A DNA stretch of 64,000 nucleotides, from NCBI GenBank assembly GCA_964016885.1, contig OZ024740.1:250418001-250482000 (forward strand), in the 5' to 3' direction. The notes under the pieces were generated by a model, which saw nothing but the letters and a program-made list of their open reading frames with translations, did not search any database and had not been told where the DNA came from. The stretch comes from Eledone cirrhosa. Lineage: Eukaryota. This document shows positions 10,644 through 22,459 of this stretch, one piece after another. Within the stretch, counting starts at the first letter, position 1, and the number at the start of each line of letters is the position of its first letter. Both the position numbers and the translations under genes were made by a program.

Positions 10644-12398
10644 TCATCATCATCATCATCATCGTTTAACGTCCATCTTCCACGCTTGCATGTGTTTGGA
10701 CAGGAGTTTTCCCACTTGAGGCAAGATTGGTTGTCCTGCTCGTATAGGACTGTCTGGCGGGTTTTCTACGGCTGGATGCCCTTCCTAACACCAACCACGT
10801 TTACAGTGTGGACTGGGAGGTTTTTACCGTGTTACCTACATGGCCACATTACAGCGTGGACTGTGTGTTTTTTGTTGTGTCACCTACACGACCTCATTTG
10901 TTTCGAACTGGATGTTGTGGTACCAACATAACTTCACATTTAAGGGGGTGGTGTGGATGGGGTGGGGGTAGTGGGACGGGTGTGTATTTTGTTAGAGGTG
11001 CCTACTGACTGTAGGTTTCACTTTGTACTTAGGCAAGGCGGGTCTTCTGTATAACTGTGTAGCGCCAAAGATCTCAGTCCAGTGACATTGTCTTGGAGAG
11101 GTGTAAGTGTGTGAGGTCGGAATTTATCAAGTCGTCCCAGGTTTTTCTGGGTCTGCCTACTCCGTGGCTACCGTCTATTTTTATCGCCCTGCACTTTTTT
11201 ATACAGCTGTCGTCTTTCATGTGCATCACGTGACCGTACCAACGTAGTCTTCTCTCGAGTAAACAACATCTGATCCCTATTATTCCTAATTTCTCCCTTA
11301 GTTCGTTTATGCTTTGCCGTTCATGTATATTACTATTACACATCCAGCGGAGCATGCAAGCTTCGTTTCTCTCCAGTCTGCGTATATCCTCTGCACACAA
11401 TGCCCAGGTCTCACTGCCATGTAATATTGTGGTTCGTATGCAGGCATCATACAGCCTGCCTTTCATTTTTAGAGAGAACCCTTTAGCAGTATAAGCTCTC
11501 TGAACTTTTTCCATGCTACTGTACTTTCAGAGCACCCTCCACCACTGCTGATTTTGTCACCCAAGTAACGGATGGTGTCCACTAATTCTTAAGAACCATC
11601 TGTGCAATGGAATGAGCTAGTATTCTGTGGGCATTTGCTGCTACTTATTGTACCAGCACACCGGCCACATATAAAATCTATATTCTTAGTTAGCTTACCT
11701 GTAATCCCACTACATCTTTTATGCACCTATACTTTGCATTTGGGACATAAAATGGAGTTTCTGCCTACTCCTTTCCTACACACTAAACATGGCCATTTCC
11801 TGGATGGGACCGATGCCCTATTTTCCTTCCTACAAACTAGAACTTTAGTCTTAGACAGGTTAATTTTAAGGCCTTTTGATTCTAGGCCATGCTTCCATGT
11901 TTGAAATTTCTTTTCTAGTTCAGCCATTGATTCAGCTATGAGCATTAGATCATCTGCGTATAGGAGTTCCCATGGGCATCCGGTCTTGAACTCCTCTGTT
12001 ATAGCCTGAAGGGCAATAATAAATAGTAGGGGGATAAGAACGGAGCCCTGATGAACACCAACTTTTACACTAAACTCTTCACTATATTCGTTGTTAATTC
12101 TAACTTTGTTGGCTGTTTCTTTATACATGGCTTGTATAGCTCTCACAAGCCATTCATCAACACCTAGTTTTCTAAGAGCCCACCAGATAATGGAACGGGG
12201 GACTCTGCCAAAGGCTTTCTCCAAGTCGACAAAAGCTAAGTATAGGGGTTTACTTTTAGCTAGGTACTTCTCCTGTAGTTGTTGTACAATGAAAAGAGCG
12301 TCTGTGGTACTTTTACCTGACACAAACTCGAACTACATTTCATCTAAATCAATTCGCTCTCTGATTAGTTGCACTATTACTTTTTCTGTGACCTTCAT
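10644..12398 (-). mobile_element. 5'-truncated, decayed RTE LINE (family B) with a long 3' UTR
   Basis: ORFs 11727-12323 (DLEKAF, LYADD, WPCLVC) and 11074-11514 (RRLRWYGHV). 48-bp units at 10790-10895. (cat)n tail at 10644-10662. Confidence 0.9.
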
Positions 12399-12619
12399 AC
12401 ATATAAATATATAAGAGAGTGTTCAAGTTTGCTTGAAGCATTATGGAATAAGAAAAATAGTCAGTTTGGAAGCCTCTACAATGCAGATGGATTTCGTTGC
12501 CAGATATATATACATATATACATTCTGGTAAATTTCATGTAAATCTGAGTGAAGATGAGTGTGGTTTGACATTAGACTGTATGCATATAAACATTACTCA
12601 CTTCCATGTTTCATGATAT

Positions 12620-12758
12620 TGCAGCATAAAGTTACGACCCTCATTGATCTGAGTTCAAATCCCACCGAGGTTAACTTTGCCTTTCATCCTTACAGGGTTG
12701 ATAAAATAAATGCACTGATATAACTGCTGGCCTTGTGCCAAAAGTAAAAACAATTATT
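12620..12758 (+). mobile_element. SINE 3' part, same family as 49586-50015
   Basis: gagttcaaatcccaccgaggttaactttgcctttcatcc...ttgtgccaaaagta. Confidence 0.8.
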
Positions 12759-13765
12759 TGATAGATTTCAGCTATAGTCAATGCCTTCTTTTTTAATATT
12801 TAGTAACTTAAAGAAACAAACAATATCATCAACATCATTATATTTCCATTTTCTTTTCCTGTTGACACAGGCTAGATGGGTTTTAACTGTATCTCAGCTG
12901 CTTGCCACAGTCATTTGTCAACTGGCATACACAACAACAGAGAAAACTGGTCATTTTTGTTGCTGTATATGTCATATTCTGGAGTTTGTATATAGCACAA
13001 TTAGTTGGTTGGTTTGGCAAAGTTGTTTGAGCATTGGATATTTGTTCTGAGTTCAAATCCAAGTTCAAATCCAGCCATTCTAAGTTCAAATCCAACCAAA
13101 ATCCATTTTGCCTTTCATCCTTTTGGGATCTGCAATGAATGTATCAGCCCAGTGCTGGTGCAGCCATCTTTCCTTCCAGCTCTTCAAATGTTGGATGGTC
13201 CACCGGATAAAAGGAGTGGGGTTATGAGGGTGCCTGTATTTGCTTGCTACTGTGTGGGTACCCTTAGCAACTGCATGGTACATACTACCAAATTGTAATT
13301 GATTGCAAGTGATGGCTGTAGAGTAGTTTATATAGCATGATCACAGCTTAACTCTTTTGATACAAACCTGCCTAAACTGTCTTTGGTTCTAAGAAACAAA
13401 TTAAAAAATTCCTATTTAAAAAATTCCTATTTAAGTTAAAACCAACCAACATATGTAAAAAAGGAAGTATGTTTGGAACATAGTGAAGCAAAGTTTGGAT
13501 TTGAAATAAAGATAGAAGCTTCGCCATAACATTTTGACTAAATAATAATAACGGAAAAAGATGGGGGTATAATGATACCCATCTTTTTTCCCATTCAGTG
13601 GGTTTATATGCCCCATTAATCTGAATCACGCCATGTTAATGCTAATGTTAATTAATACTAGCTAGACAAGCAGAAACCATATATAAATAAGCCTCCACCC
13701 AAAAAGATTATATACAAAATTTTTAAGATGATATTGTTTTTAATACCTTGGTGTCTGAGCACAAA

Positions 13766-14040
13766 TGGAGGCACATGGCCTAGTGCTAAGTGTGTTGGAC
13801 TTACGATTATAATATCATGGGTTCAATTCCTGGACTGGGTTGTGTGTTGTATTCTTGAGCAAAACACTTCATTTCGTGTTGCTACAATATCTGAAAGTAA
13901 GTACTAGCAATAGCTGGAGGTTTAAACCTGCAATGGAATAGCATCTTGATGGGGGGAGTCTTGTACTCTCAGTTGCTTAACACCACAAAAACCGGAGATA
14001 AGCACCAGCCTGGTGAGCCTTTGGGCTTGACACAGACTTT
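13766..14040 (+). mobile_element. tRNA-derived SINE, second family
   Basis: A box tggcctagtg, B box ggttcaattcc, CORE-like ttcttgagcaaaacactt. Confidence 0.65.
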
Positions 14041-14616
14041 AGATCTGAACACAAGTGCTGATGAACTGTAATGACAGTAAAATGCGTGCCTTCATTACTC
14101 TTACCTCCATGCTGAGAAAGCAGTGACATGATCACAGTTTAAAGTAATCACACCATGATTCAATGTATTTTTATTATAACTAAACATCATATATGGATTC
14201 ACACATGCCTGTATATATATATATATATATATATATGCACCCATCACACACTGTAAATGTGGTTGGTGTTAGGAAGGGCATCCAGCTGTAGAAAACCAGC
14301 CAGAAACAGTCCTATACGAACGAGACACGGTTACCCGACCAAACTTGCCATGCTAGTGTGGAAGATAGACCTTAAATGATGATGATGATTTTGCAAGGTT
14401 TTTTATTTGAAATCGTGTTGAAATAAATATTGTTATATTTGGGGAGGGTCATATTGTTATAATATTGCCAGAGATATATAATAAAACACACTCACTTTTT
14501 GGTTCAGATTGGTTTTCGCTTCCGTATATTTTATATTCCTATAGTTAACTTAGCTGGCAATCAATGTTTATCATTGATTGACCAACAGTTACAAATAGAT
14601 ATAAATATATATTTAT

Positions 14617-14670
14617 ATAGTCTCTCAGAGTTCTTTCATCACACACCTGTGACATCATCAGTGATACTAT
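14617..14670 (-). ncRNA. Type I hammerhead ribozyme downstream of a PLE GIY-YIG remnant
   Basis: Minus strand reads ATAGTA-TCA-CTGATGA-tGTCACA ggtg TGTGAT-GAAA-GAAC-TC-TGA-gag-ACTAT. Intact core, stems I and II, minimal stem III. Confidence 0.65.
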
Positions 14671-14863
14671 TATGTTTCCTCCCATTGTATTGTAATGTTT
14701 ACTTATTCTATTTTTTATTTATTTATTTATTGTTGTCTCTGTTAGCACGTGTGTTTTCTGTTTGGTGTGTGTTCATGTATTCGTGTCTGAGTCTGTGTGT
14801 GTTTGTATTCTATCTTTGGTCACTAGTGTGTTTATGTGTGAGTGTTGTTGTGTGGTTGTTGTT

Positions 14864-15747
14864 GTGACATCAACGTCTACAAATTGTTGTGCAGTTTCTT
14901 ATACAAGCCAAAAATGATTGGAATTTAACACAAACCAAAAGGTGAAGGCCTGTGTTATCTGTGTGTGTGTGCATACATCTGTGTGTGTGTTTCTGTGTGT
15001 GTTTCTGTGTGTGCATCTGTGTATGTGTGTGTGTGTGTGTGTCTATGTGCATGTATAAAAAACTACACAGCAATTTGTAGACCTGTGTATATTTATTTAT
15101 ATTTATCTTAGAGCACTACTGTCTGTTTGTGTATGGTTGTTGTTGTTATTACATACATATTTTTTGTTCAACTTTGGTTTCCTTGGTTCTATTTCAGTTG
15201 CTTCCCTAATTTGTCTACCTGTTGAGTCATTTCTATTTTTAGATATTTTAATTTCTATGTTGTCTCTATTACCATCATGTCTTAGTCTAGCGTGTTCATA
15301 TAGTACTGAACCATCTTTTTGTCCTTTTAGTTCACCCCAGTGTGGTCTAATTTCTCCCCTATGCTCCAGGCTGTCTCTCCTATGTGTGTCGTTGTCATGT
15401 TTCTGCAAATACCCTCTGTACAGATAAATTGTAAAACTAGAAATGTAGTCTATAGCATAAGATATTATAGTTATTAACTATTATTATAATTATCTGCATT
15501 GTAGCAAGAATATTTTCAAATTTCATGCACACACATATTTCACATGTTTTTAATTAAAAGACAAAGAAGACTTAGTTTAAGCTAGTACTCGATATATGTA
15601 ATGAGAATTAATCTTTTAGAGTTGATATTTGAATTTCATGCAAGCCAAAAATGATTGGAATTTAACACAAACCAAAAGGTGAAGGCCTGTGTTATCTGTG
15701 TGTGTGCGTGTGCATGGATCTGTGTGCGTGTGTGCATCTGTGTGTGT

Positions 15748-15804
<57 letters not shown>

Positions 15805-15857
15805 TGTCTATGTGCATGTATAAGAAACTACAGAGCAATTTGTAGATGTTGATGTCA
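14864..15857. repeat. ~180-200-bp direct repeats (14904-15082 and 15641-15848) plus an inverted ~41-bp end (14864-14905 vs 15817-15857)
   Basis: caagccaaaaatgattggaatttaacacaaaccaaaagg occurs twice. tgacatcaacgtctacaaattg is inverted relative to caatttgtagatgttgatgtca. Confidence 0.8.
15100..15427 (-). pseudogene. Penelope-like GIY-YIG endonuclease C-terminal remnant
   Basis: HWGELKGQKDGSVLYEHARLRH...GRQIREATEI...LNKK resembles PLE GIY-YIG C-termini. A hammerhead lies 3' on the same strand. Confidence 0.6.
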
Positions 15858-16435
15858 TCCAAACATTGCCAGCCACAAAGCCATATCTAACTACCAAAAT
15901 ACACATACAACACTTATGTATGCCCATATGAGAGAGAGAGAGAGAGAGTGATAGATAGAGAGAGAGTAAGAGAGTGGGGGTGTGTATGAGTGTGTTGGCA
16001 TGTTAAATGAAGCAGAAATAACCTGTTTTTGTTTGTAATTAATTCATCAATTTAATTTAGACATTGGTCTGTCAAAAGATGGAGATAACTACTATATTTG
16101 ACTGGTAGTGATAAGTATAGATTGGCAGTAGCATGGAATGGATGAAGATGGCAGTGGTGGACAGGATGAAGATGTCAGGGAAAACAGTAAGATGATCAGA
16201 TTGCGAACAGGGTGAAGATGGTAGTGGTGTGAATAAGGTAAAAATGGTATGGCGAACAGGATGAAAATGGCTGTGATGTGGACAGAATAAAGAGTGTACA
16301 GGGTGAAGATGACAGGGTACAAAATCTCAACAAATGATGCAGTAAAGAATGACAAGATTGACATAAGTCTGTCATAGCAGATAGATGTTGATTGTTGGAA
16401 TAACATAACAGTCACTGTGGGACTCATTATTGTCC

Positions 16436-16760
16436 AAGAGGGTCGGACGCCATGCTTTGATGCATAGAGTTACGGCCCTTGCCATTCTGAGTTCAAATCC
16501 CGCCGAGGTTAACTTTGCTTTTCATCCTTACGGGGTCGATAAAATAAAGTACCAGTGATATACTGAGTAATTGCTGGCCTTGTGCCAAAAGTAGAAACAA
16601 TTATTTATACACACACAGGAGTTACGGGCCTTTACGATCTGAGGTCAAATCCCGCTGAGGTTGACTTTTTCTTTCATCCTTACGCGGTCGATAAAATAAA
16701 GTACCAGTAATGCACTGGGATGAATACTGGCCTTGTGCCAAAAGTAGAAACAATTATTTA
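16436..16760 (+). mobile_element. Two tandem SINE copies
   Basis: 16436-16607 and 16617-16760 each contain a B-box-like gag.tcaaatccc and end in agtagaaacaattatttatacacaca. Confidence 0.85.
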
Positions 16761-16930
16761 TACACACACATGTTTGTGTGTGTGTATATTATCATCATCA
16801 TTTAATGTCCATTTTTTTTTCCACGCAAGCATGGATAGGACATGCTGACCGTTGTGAGACATCCAGGTTGGAGGACCATGTTTTCCTCACACGGAACTGA
16901 TTTCGGCTTGGTTTCTACAACTAACCTCAT

Positions 16931-17378
16931 TTACAGTGTGTACTGGGTACTTTTTGTCATGAAACCTACATGACCACTTTACAATGTGGACTGGGTGTGT
17001 TTTGTCATGACACCTACACGACCACATTACAGTGTGGGTTGAGCACTTTTTGTTGTGTCACCAACACAACCACGTTACAGTGTGAACTAGGTGCTTTTTG
17101 TCGTGACATCTACACGACCACGTTGCAGTGTGGACTGGGTGCTTTTTATTGTGACTCCTACATGACCACTCTACAATGTGGACTGGGTGCGTTTTGTCAT
17201 GACACCTACATAGCCACATTACAGTGTGGGTTGAGCACTTTTTGTCGTGTCACTAACATGACCCCTTTACAATGTGGGCTGGGTGCATTTTGTCATGATA
17301 TCTACACAACTTTACAGTGTGGACTGGGTGCTTATTGTCATGGCTCCAGGATGACCAGTTTATGGTGTGGATTGGGGA
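16931..17378. repeat. 48-bp minisatellite (~9 units) inside a minus-strand RTE-B 3' UTR-type element (16790-17380)
   Basis: Consensus ttacagtgtggactgggtgctttttgtcgtgacacctacacgaccact. Units start at 16931, 16979, 17027, 17075, 17123, 17171, 17219, 17267 and 17312. Confidence 0.9.
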
Positions 17379-18929
17379 CTTGGGTGGTGGAGATGCATGG
17401 GGAATTGGGGGGGGGGGTATATATAGGGGTGGGGTGATTCCAGTGAGGAAGGTGTTTTGGGTTCAACCCTAATCCTGTTACATAATTCTGCAAATAACAT
17501 CTGATGAAATCGCCTAATCTTGCATCATAACCGGATGATAGAGCTGGGCCATCAAAATATGTACAGTGCTTTCACATGATTAAAATTCTAAAGTAAATTT
17601 TCCAGTCCAGCTTTCTGTTGTTGTTTTTATGTGTGCATATATATATAATAATAATAATAATTGTCAAATTGATGAATGAGTTAAAACAAAGGAAGGGGGA
17701 TGGTGAAAATACTAGGGCAAAAACAGCCAACAGATTTCCAAACTTTGCTATGCTCTGTGTGAGTGTATGTATGCGTGTGTTTGTGTGAAAGTATGTGTGT
17801 GGTTTTGCATATTTGTCTGAAAGTATGTGTATGTGTGTGTGTGTGTGAGAGTATGAGTGTGTTTGTGTGAATGTATGCGTGTGTTTGTGTGTATGTATAT
17901 GTGTGAGTTTATCGGTGTTTGCACGTTTATATTTACATAAACATGAGTATAAATGTATACATATGCACACACACACACATATCTACTAATATATAATACC
18001 CTTGTGTATTTGTCCATCAGACACTAGAAATGACTGAGGAATGAAGGGGTGATAATGCCGACTGAGAAAGGAGGGATGGCAGCATCTAATATTTGCTACA
18101 CCTGTCTGTCTATATATATAGCAAATTGGCTATACACATTGGCTGTTATGATTATGTGAGTGCTTGTATGTATAGCGAGAGTACTGGGTTGTATGAATGT
18201 AACAAGGAATACATTGTTTGTGTGTATAATATTTAATTAACAATGGTAGATAGTATAGTTGACATGTCAAAGAAATAGATGATAGAATGAAACAAAGTTA
18301 GTCGTTACCGTTTTGATTGCCAGGCAAACGCGGCTGGCAGAAGACGCCTGGCTAAGGCCCAGGCGCCAGAAGGCAAATGAGAGGCTCTTGGCCTGGTACC
18401 GAAAAGGGCAATGAGAGAGTGAGAACTTAAAGTTGTTAGTTTTATAGGGTTCTGACCGGAAGTTACAGAAAGGGTTCTACTTCCCGTCTAGATGTTAATC
18501 CAAACAAGGGAGACAACCGCCACATAACCTCCCGCCAGAATTTTAGAATATAAAAATCGAATTGAAATATGTAGCAAGTTGGCGAGAATGTTGTAACAGG
18601 CATGAAAATTACGACAAAAGAATGTTTGCAACAATCAATGATAGCCAACCGGTAGCCAACCGCTCTTGGCCAGAGAACGACTGGACATCTATCTATCCAT
18701 CACCCAAAGATACAATGTAATAAAGTAAGAGAAGGGCTCAAAGTTCAAATGTACAAAATATAGTTCACAGGTGTGCAATCACATGACAGCAGGAAAGAAA
18801 GTGTGTTCCAGAGAATGAATGCAGGTGGTTTCTGTTCTGTGGTATATCGTGAAATTTCCAACCTCCGAATGGATTTTCTCACAGGAAGAGTGCTGCAAAA
18901 ATAAATTCTCTGGCTTTGGTTGTTGGTGA

Positions 18930-19098
18930 AGCTGTGTTGATGTATTGCTGTTGCTGCTGCTGCTGTATTGCTGTTGCTGTTGCTGCTGCTGTTGCTGTTA
19001 TATTGCTGTTGGTGTTGCTGCTGCTGTTGCTGCTGTATTGCTGTTGCTGCTGTGTTGCTGTTGCTGTAATATTGCTGTTGCTGTTGCTGCTGCTGTTG
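18930..19098. repeat. Degenerate (GCT/GTT)n low-complexity tract in the Gypsy 3' region
   Basis: gctgttgctgctgctgctgtatt repeats. Confidence 0.85.
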
Positions 19099-19487
19099 TC
19101 TCGCTGAGTGAGCGTATTCGGTGTTTAAATTCACAGTAAAAAAAATTTTTTTCAGAAAAAATGAGTTGCGCAAAGTGCTAGAAATAGCAGCCGAAGTTGA
19201 TGGTCGATGTTGAGAATGCGTTGACCTGGAAGGGTCAAGAGGCCAGCGACCAAAGAAATAAGCATTCTTAATAAATGCGCGGTTATCAACGGTAAATTTA
19301 CGTGGTAAATTTATAAACCGGCAAATAGAAGAATATAGCTTAAAATGTTCGTTGTAAAGGAAACGAAAAACATATATATACATCCAGTGAAATGGTCATG
19401 AGAGGTACATTGCAATACAATAAATCAAATAAATAAGAACAGCAAAAAAAATAATATATATATATATATAAGGCTCCAATGGCCAGT

Positions 19488-21197
19488 TCACATAAAAATA
19501 GTTTGGCAGAACTTTTTGGGCCAGTGGACTCTCCGACCGGAACGGGTCGTAGTCTTGTATGTAGGTGAAGGTGGGGCAGAAGGAGCAGGTGTGTGCACAA
19601 TGGTGAAAGATTGGGGTATTTGTGGCTCGGGTGTATGAGCGTCATTGTGTGCCCTTTTCAGTCTATCCACCGAAATTGTCTCTCTGGATCCCTTAACGTC
19701 TACAGTGAAATGTTTGTCAGTGCGTGCTAACACACGGTAGGGTCCAGAGTATGGTTGTGTGAGGGGTGGTCTCACAGCATCGTTCCTTACGAACACATGG
19801 GTCCACGAGGCAATGTCCCTCGGGACCGCATGTTTTACAGTTTGCTTCCTCGTATCCATCGGCGGCAGGTCCTGTAAATAAGAACGCAGACGGGATACGT
19901 AGGAAAGCGGATCTTGGAAAGCAAGATTAACAGGGGCAAGCATTTGCCCAGGCAACGCTAGAGGAGCACCGTAAATTAATTCGGCCGGGGAGAACCCAAG
20001 GTCCTCCTTTATTGATGACCGAATTCCTAATAACACAATAGGAAGGTACTCGCTCCAACGTTGAGAGTCTGGATAGGCGCGAAGAGCGGCCTTTAATTGG
20101 CGGTGGAATCGTTCCACCATTCCGTTTGAAGCAGGATGATAGGCCGTGGTCCGAATCCGTTGAGCTCCAATTATTTTGGTGAGCTCAGAGAAGAGATAGG
20201 ACTCGAATTGTCTACCGCGGTCTGTGGTGAGTCTAGTTGGTACCCCAAAGCGGGTAATCCACCCTGATACCAGGGCACGTGCTACAGTCTCCCCTGTCAT
20301 GTCTTGTAAAGGGATGGCTTCAGGCCATCGCGAAAAACGATCGACACACGTCAATTTGTAGGAATATCCACTGCTGAATGGCCAAGGTCCAACGATGTCA
20401 ATGTGGATGTGTTGGAACCGGGCATCTGGAGTGGTGAAAGTACCCAGTGGAGTCCGGATGTGTCTATGGATCTTCGATTTCTGGCAAGCGATACAGGAAC
20501 GGCAAAAAACAGCAATGTCGCACCTCATATTAGCCCAGAAGAATCTGGCTGTTATGAGTTTAACTGTGGCAGCAGATCCTGGATGAGAAATGTTGTGCAG
20601 AGCCAGGAACACAATTCGACGGTGAGTCTCAGGAACAAGTGGTCGTGGTGCATCAGTGGATACATCACAAAGGATCTGCCTGTCGGTGGTGGACAAGGGC
20701 AGATATTTGAAAATGCAAGTCGCAAATTCGGTAGAAAGAGTGTCCAATGATTGGAGTGCAGGTTGGTCTGCAGCTAAACGACCTAAATCGATATCCTGGG
20801 ATGACGAGATGGAGCTAATTGGCAAACGAGATAATGCGTCTGCAACTATGTTGTGCGAGCCGGCAATGTGCTGGATATCGTTTGTAAATTGTGAAACGTA
20901 GTCCAGGTGCCTTGTCTCTCTGGGCGAATATCTGTCGGCTTTGGCCCTCAAAGCGAAGGTCAACAGTTTGTGGTCGGTAAAAACCGTAAAATTTCTCCCC
21001 TCAAGGATATGAGAGAAATGTTTCACCGACAGATATATGGCTAATAATTCCCGCCCAAACGTGCTATAACGCGTTTCTGCTGGTTTCAACTTCCTCGAGA
21101 AAAATGCCAAAGGTTGTTGGCTTTCAGCGTAAGACTGCTGTAAAACTGCTCCCACAGCGGTATCAGATGCATCAACACAAAGCGAAAGCTTGGCCAA
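19488..21197 (-). CDS. Gypsy pol C-terminus: RNase H plus integrase (569 aa open)
   Basis: RNase H motifs [34 protein letters not shown] zinc finger, DDE core (DIVG, TDRG, ERFH) and GPY/F motif (YSGPYRV). Confidence 0.92.
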   Translation of the reverse strand: MAKLSLCVDASDTAVGAVLQQSYAESQQPLAFFSRKLKPAETRYSTFGRELLAIYLSVKHFSHILEGRNFTVFTDHKLLTFALRAKADRYSPRETRHLDYVSQFTNDIQHIAGSHNIVADALSRLPISSISSSQDIDLGRLAADQPALQSLDTLSTEFATCIFKYLPLSTTDRQILCDVSTDAPRPLVPETHRRIVFLALHNISHPGSAATVKLITARFFWANMRCDIAVFCRSCIACQKSKIHRHIRTPLGTFTTPDARFQHIHIDIVGPWPFSSGYSYKLTCVDRFSRWPEAIPLQDMTGETVARALVSGWITRFGVPTRLTTDRGRQFESYLFSELTKIIGAQRIRTTAYHPASNGMVERFHRQLKAALRAYPDSQRWSEYLPIVLLGIRSSIKEDLGFSPAELIYGAPLALPGQMLAPVNLAFQDPLSYVSRLRSYLQDLPPMDTRKQTVKHAVPRDIASWTHVFVRNDAVRPPLTQPYSGPYRVLARTDKHFTVDVKGSRETISVDRLKRAHNDAHTPEPQIPQSFTIVHTPAPSAPPSPTYKTTTRSGRRVHWPKKFCQTIFM

Positions 21198-21654
21198 TAT
21201 AGCGAGAGTACTGGGTTGTATGAATGTAACAAGGAATACATTGTTTGTGTGTATAATATTTAATTAACAATGGTAGATAGTATAGTTGACATGTCAAAGA
21301 AATAGATGATAGAATGAAACAAAGTTAGTCGTTACCGTTTTGATTGCCAGGCAAACGCGACTGGCAGAAGACGCCTGGCTAAGGCCCAGGCGCCGGAAGG
21401 CAAATGAGAGGCTCTTGGCCTGGTGCCGAAAAGGGCAATGAGAGAGTGAGAACTTAAAGTTGTTAGTTTTATAGGGTTCTGACCGGAAGTTACAGAAAGG
21501 GTTCTACTTCCCGTCTAGATGTTAATCCAAACAAGGGAGACAACCGCCACATATGTGTGTATATGTGTGTTTGAGTAAATTATATTCATATATAATATTT
21601 GTGTGTGTTTATTTAGAAAAATACATAGACAATAGAATTACAAAAACACAGAGC

Positions 21655-22125
21655 ACTAAAAGTCAATGGAACTTTGGAGTGGGGAGATCCAAGAAGACCT
21701 GGGATGAGGTGATAAAAGCTGACCTTGCCCAATTGCACCTCCCAAGACACAGGACCAGGACCTCTGACGTTTCGCAGAAATACAGATGACCCGACTTCCC
21801 ACAGGTACAAGCTGATGCTGAAGCATATAGACAGTATGCCCCCACCCCTGCCACTGTTAAGTGGTCGTGTAGGTGTCCCGACAAAAAAGCACCCACTTCA
21901 CACTGTAAAGTGGCCGTGTAGGCACCACAGTAAAAAAAACACCCAATACTCACTGTAAATGAGGTTGGTGTTAGGAAGTGCATCCAGCTGTAGAAATCAA
22001 GCCAAAATCAGTTCTGTATAAGCAAGACAAGGTCACCTGACCTGGCATTGCCCACAACAGGACAACCCATCTAACCCATGCCAGCATGGAAGAATGGATA
22101 TAAAACAGTGATGAGGATGATGATG
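21655..22125 (+). mobile_element. RTE-B 3' end fragment
   Basis: GRSKKTWDEVIKADL, 48-bp units, acccatgccagcatggaagaatggat, (gat)n. Confidence 0.8.
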
Positions 22126-22459
22126 AAACTGACACACTTAGAAAAAATAATTATTACATACACGCACATCTATACAATGACTGAAAAAGTAGGTGGGTGA
22201 GAAACTATAGAAGTCCAGGTTCTAAGATTCATCACAGCAGTGTTTTTGTATGTTTGTATCACTTGTGTGAGTTAGAACGAAGGAACCAACCAACGAATAA
22301 ACATCTCTTATTTATATTATGTATAGATATTACAATTAGCCATCAGTTTTGACGGCACGGGGCCAGTTAGTATATAATAACAATGATATTAATTCAATTA
22401 TAAGGTGTATATACCGATTCAAATGTAAATAATATATTCAATATATTTCTATATTTGTT

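Larger units (their letters stand above)
18171..21551 (-). mobile_element. Internally deleted Ty3/Gypsy LTR retrotransposon
   Basis: 354-bp LTRs at 18171-18524 and 21198-21551 (3 substitutions seen). 4-bp TSD TATG. PPT-like GGCGGGAGG before the 3' LTR. Only TGG remains of the PBS. Confidence 0.95.

Noticed and set aside
13766-13840. tRNA gene
   Set aside because: A and B boxes are present but there is no clean cloverleaf, and it continues into a SINE body.
16931-17378. CRISPR array, or a Cys-rich repeat protein (ORF 16970-17437)
   Set aside because: No unique spacers and no cas genes in a eukaryotic context. The ORF is a by-product of a 48-bp unit that belongs to a dispersed retroelement UTR.
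18745-19383. PolyQ ORF as an env-like or extra Gypsy gene
   Set aside because: Openness is largely explained by the low-complexity tract and no domain is recognisable.
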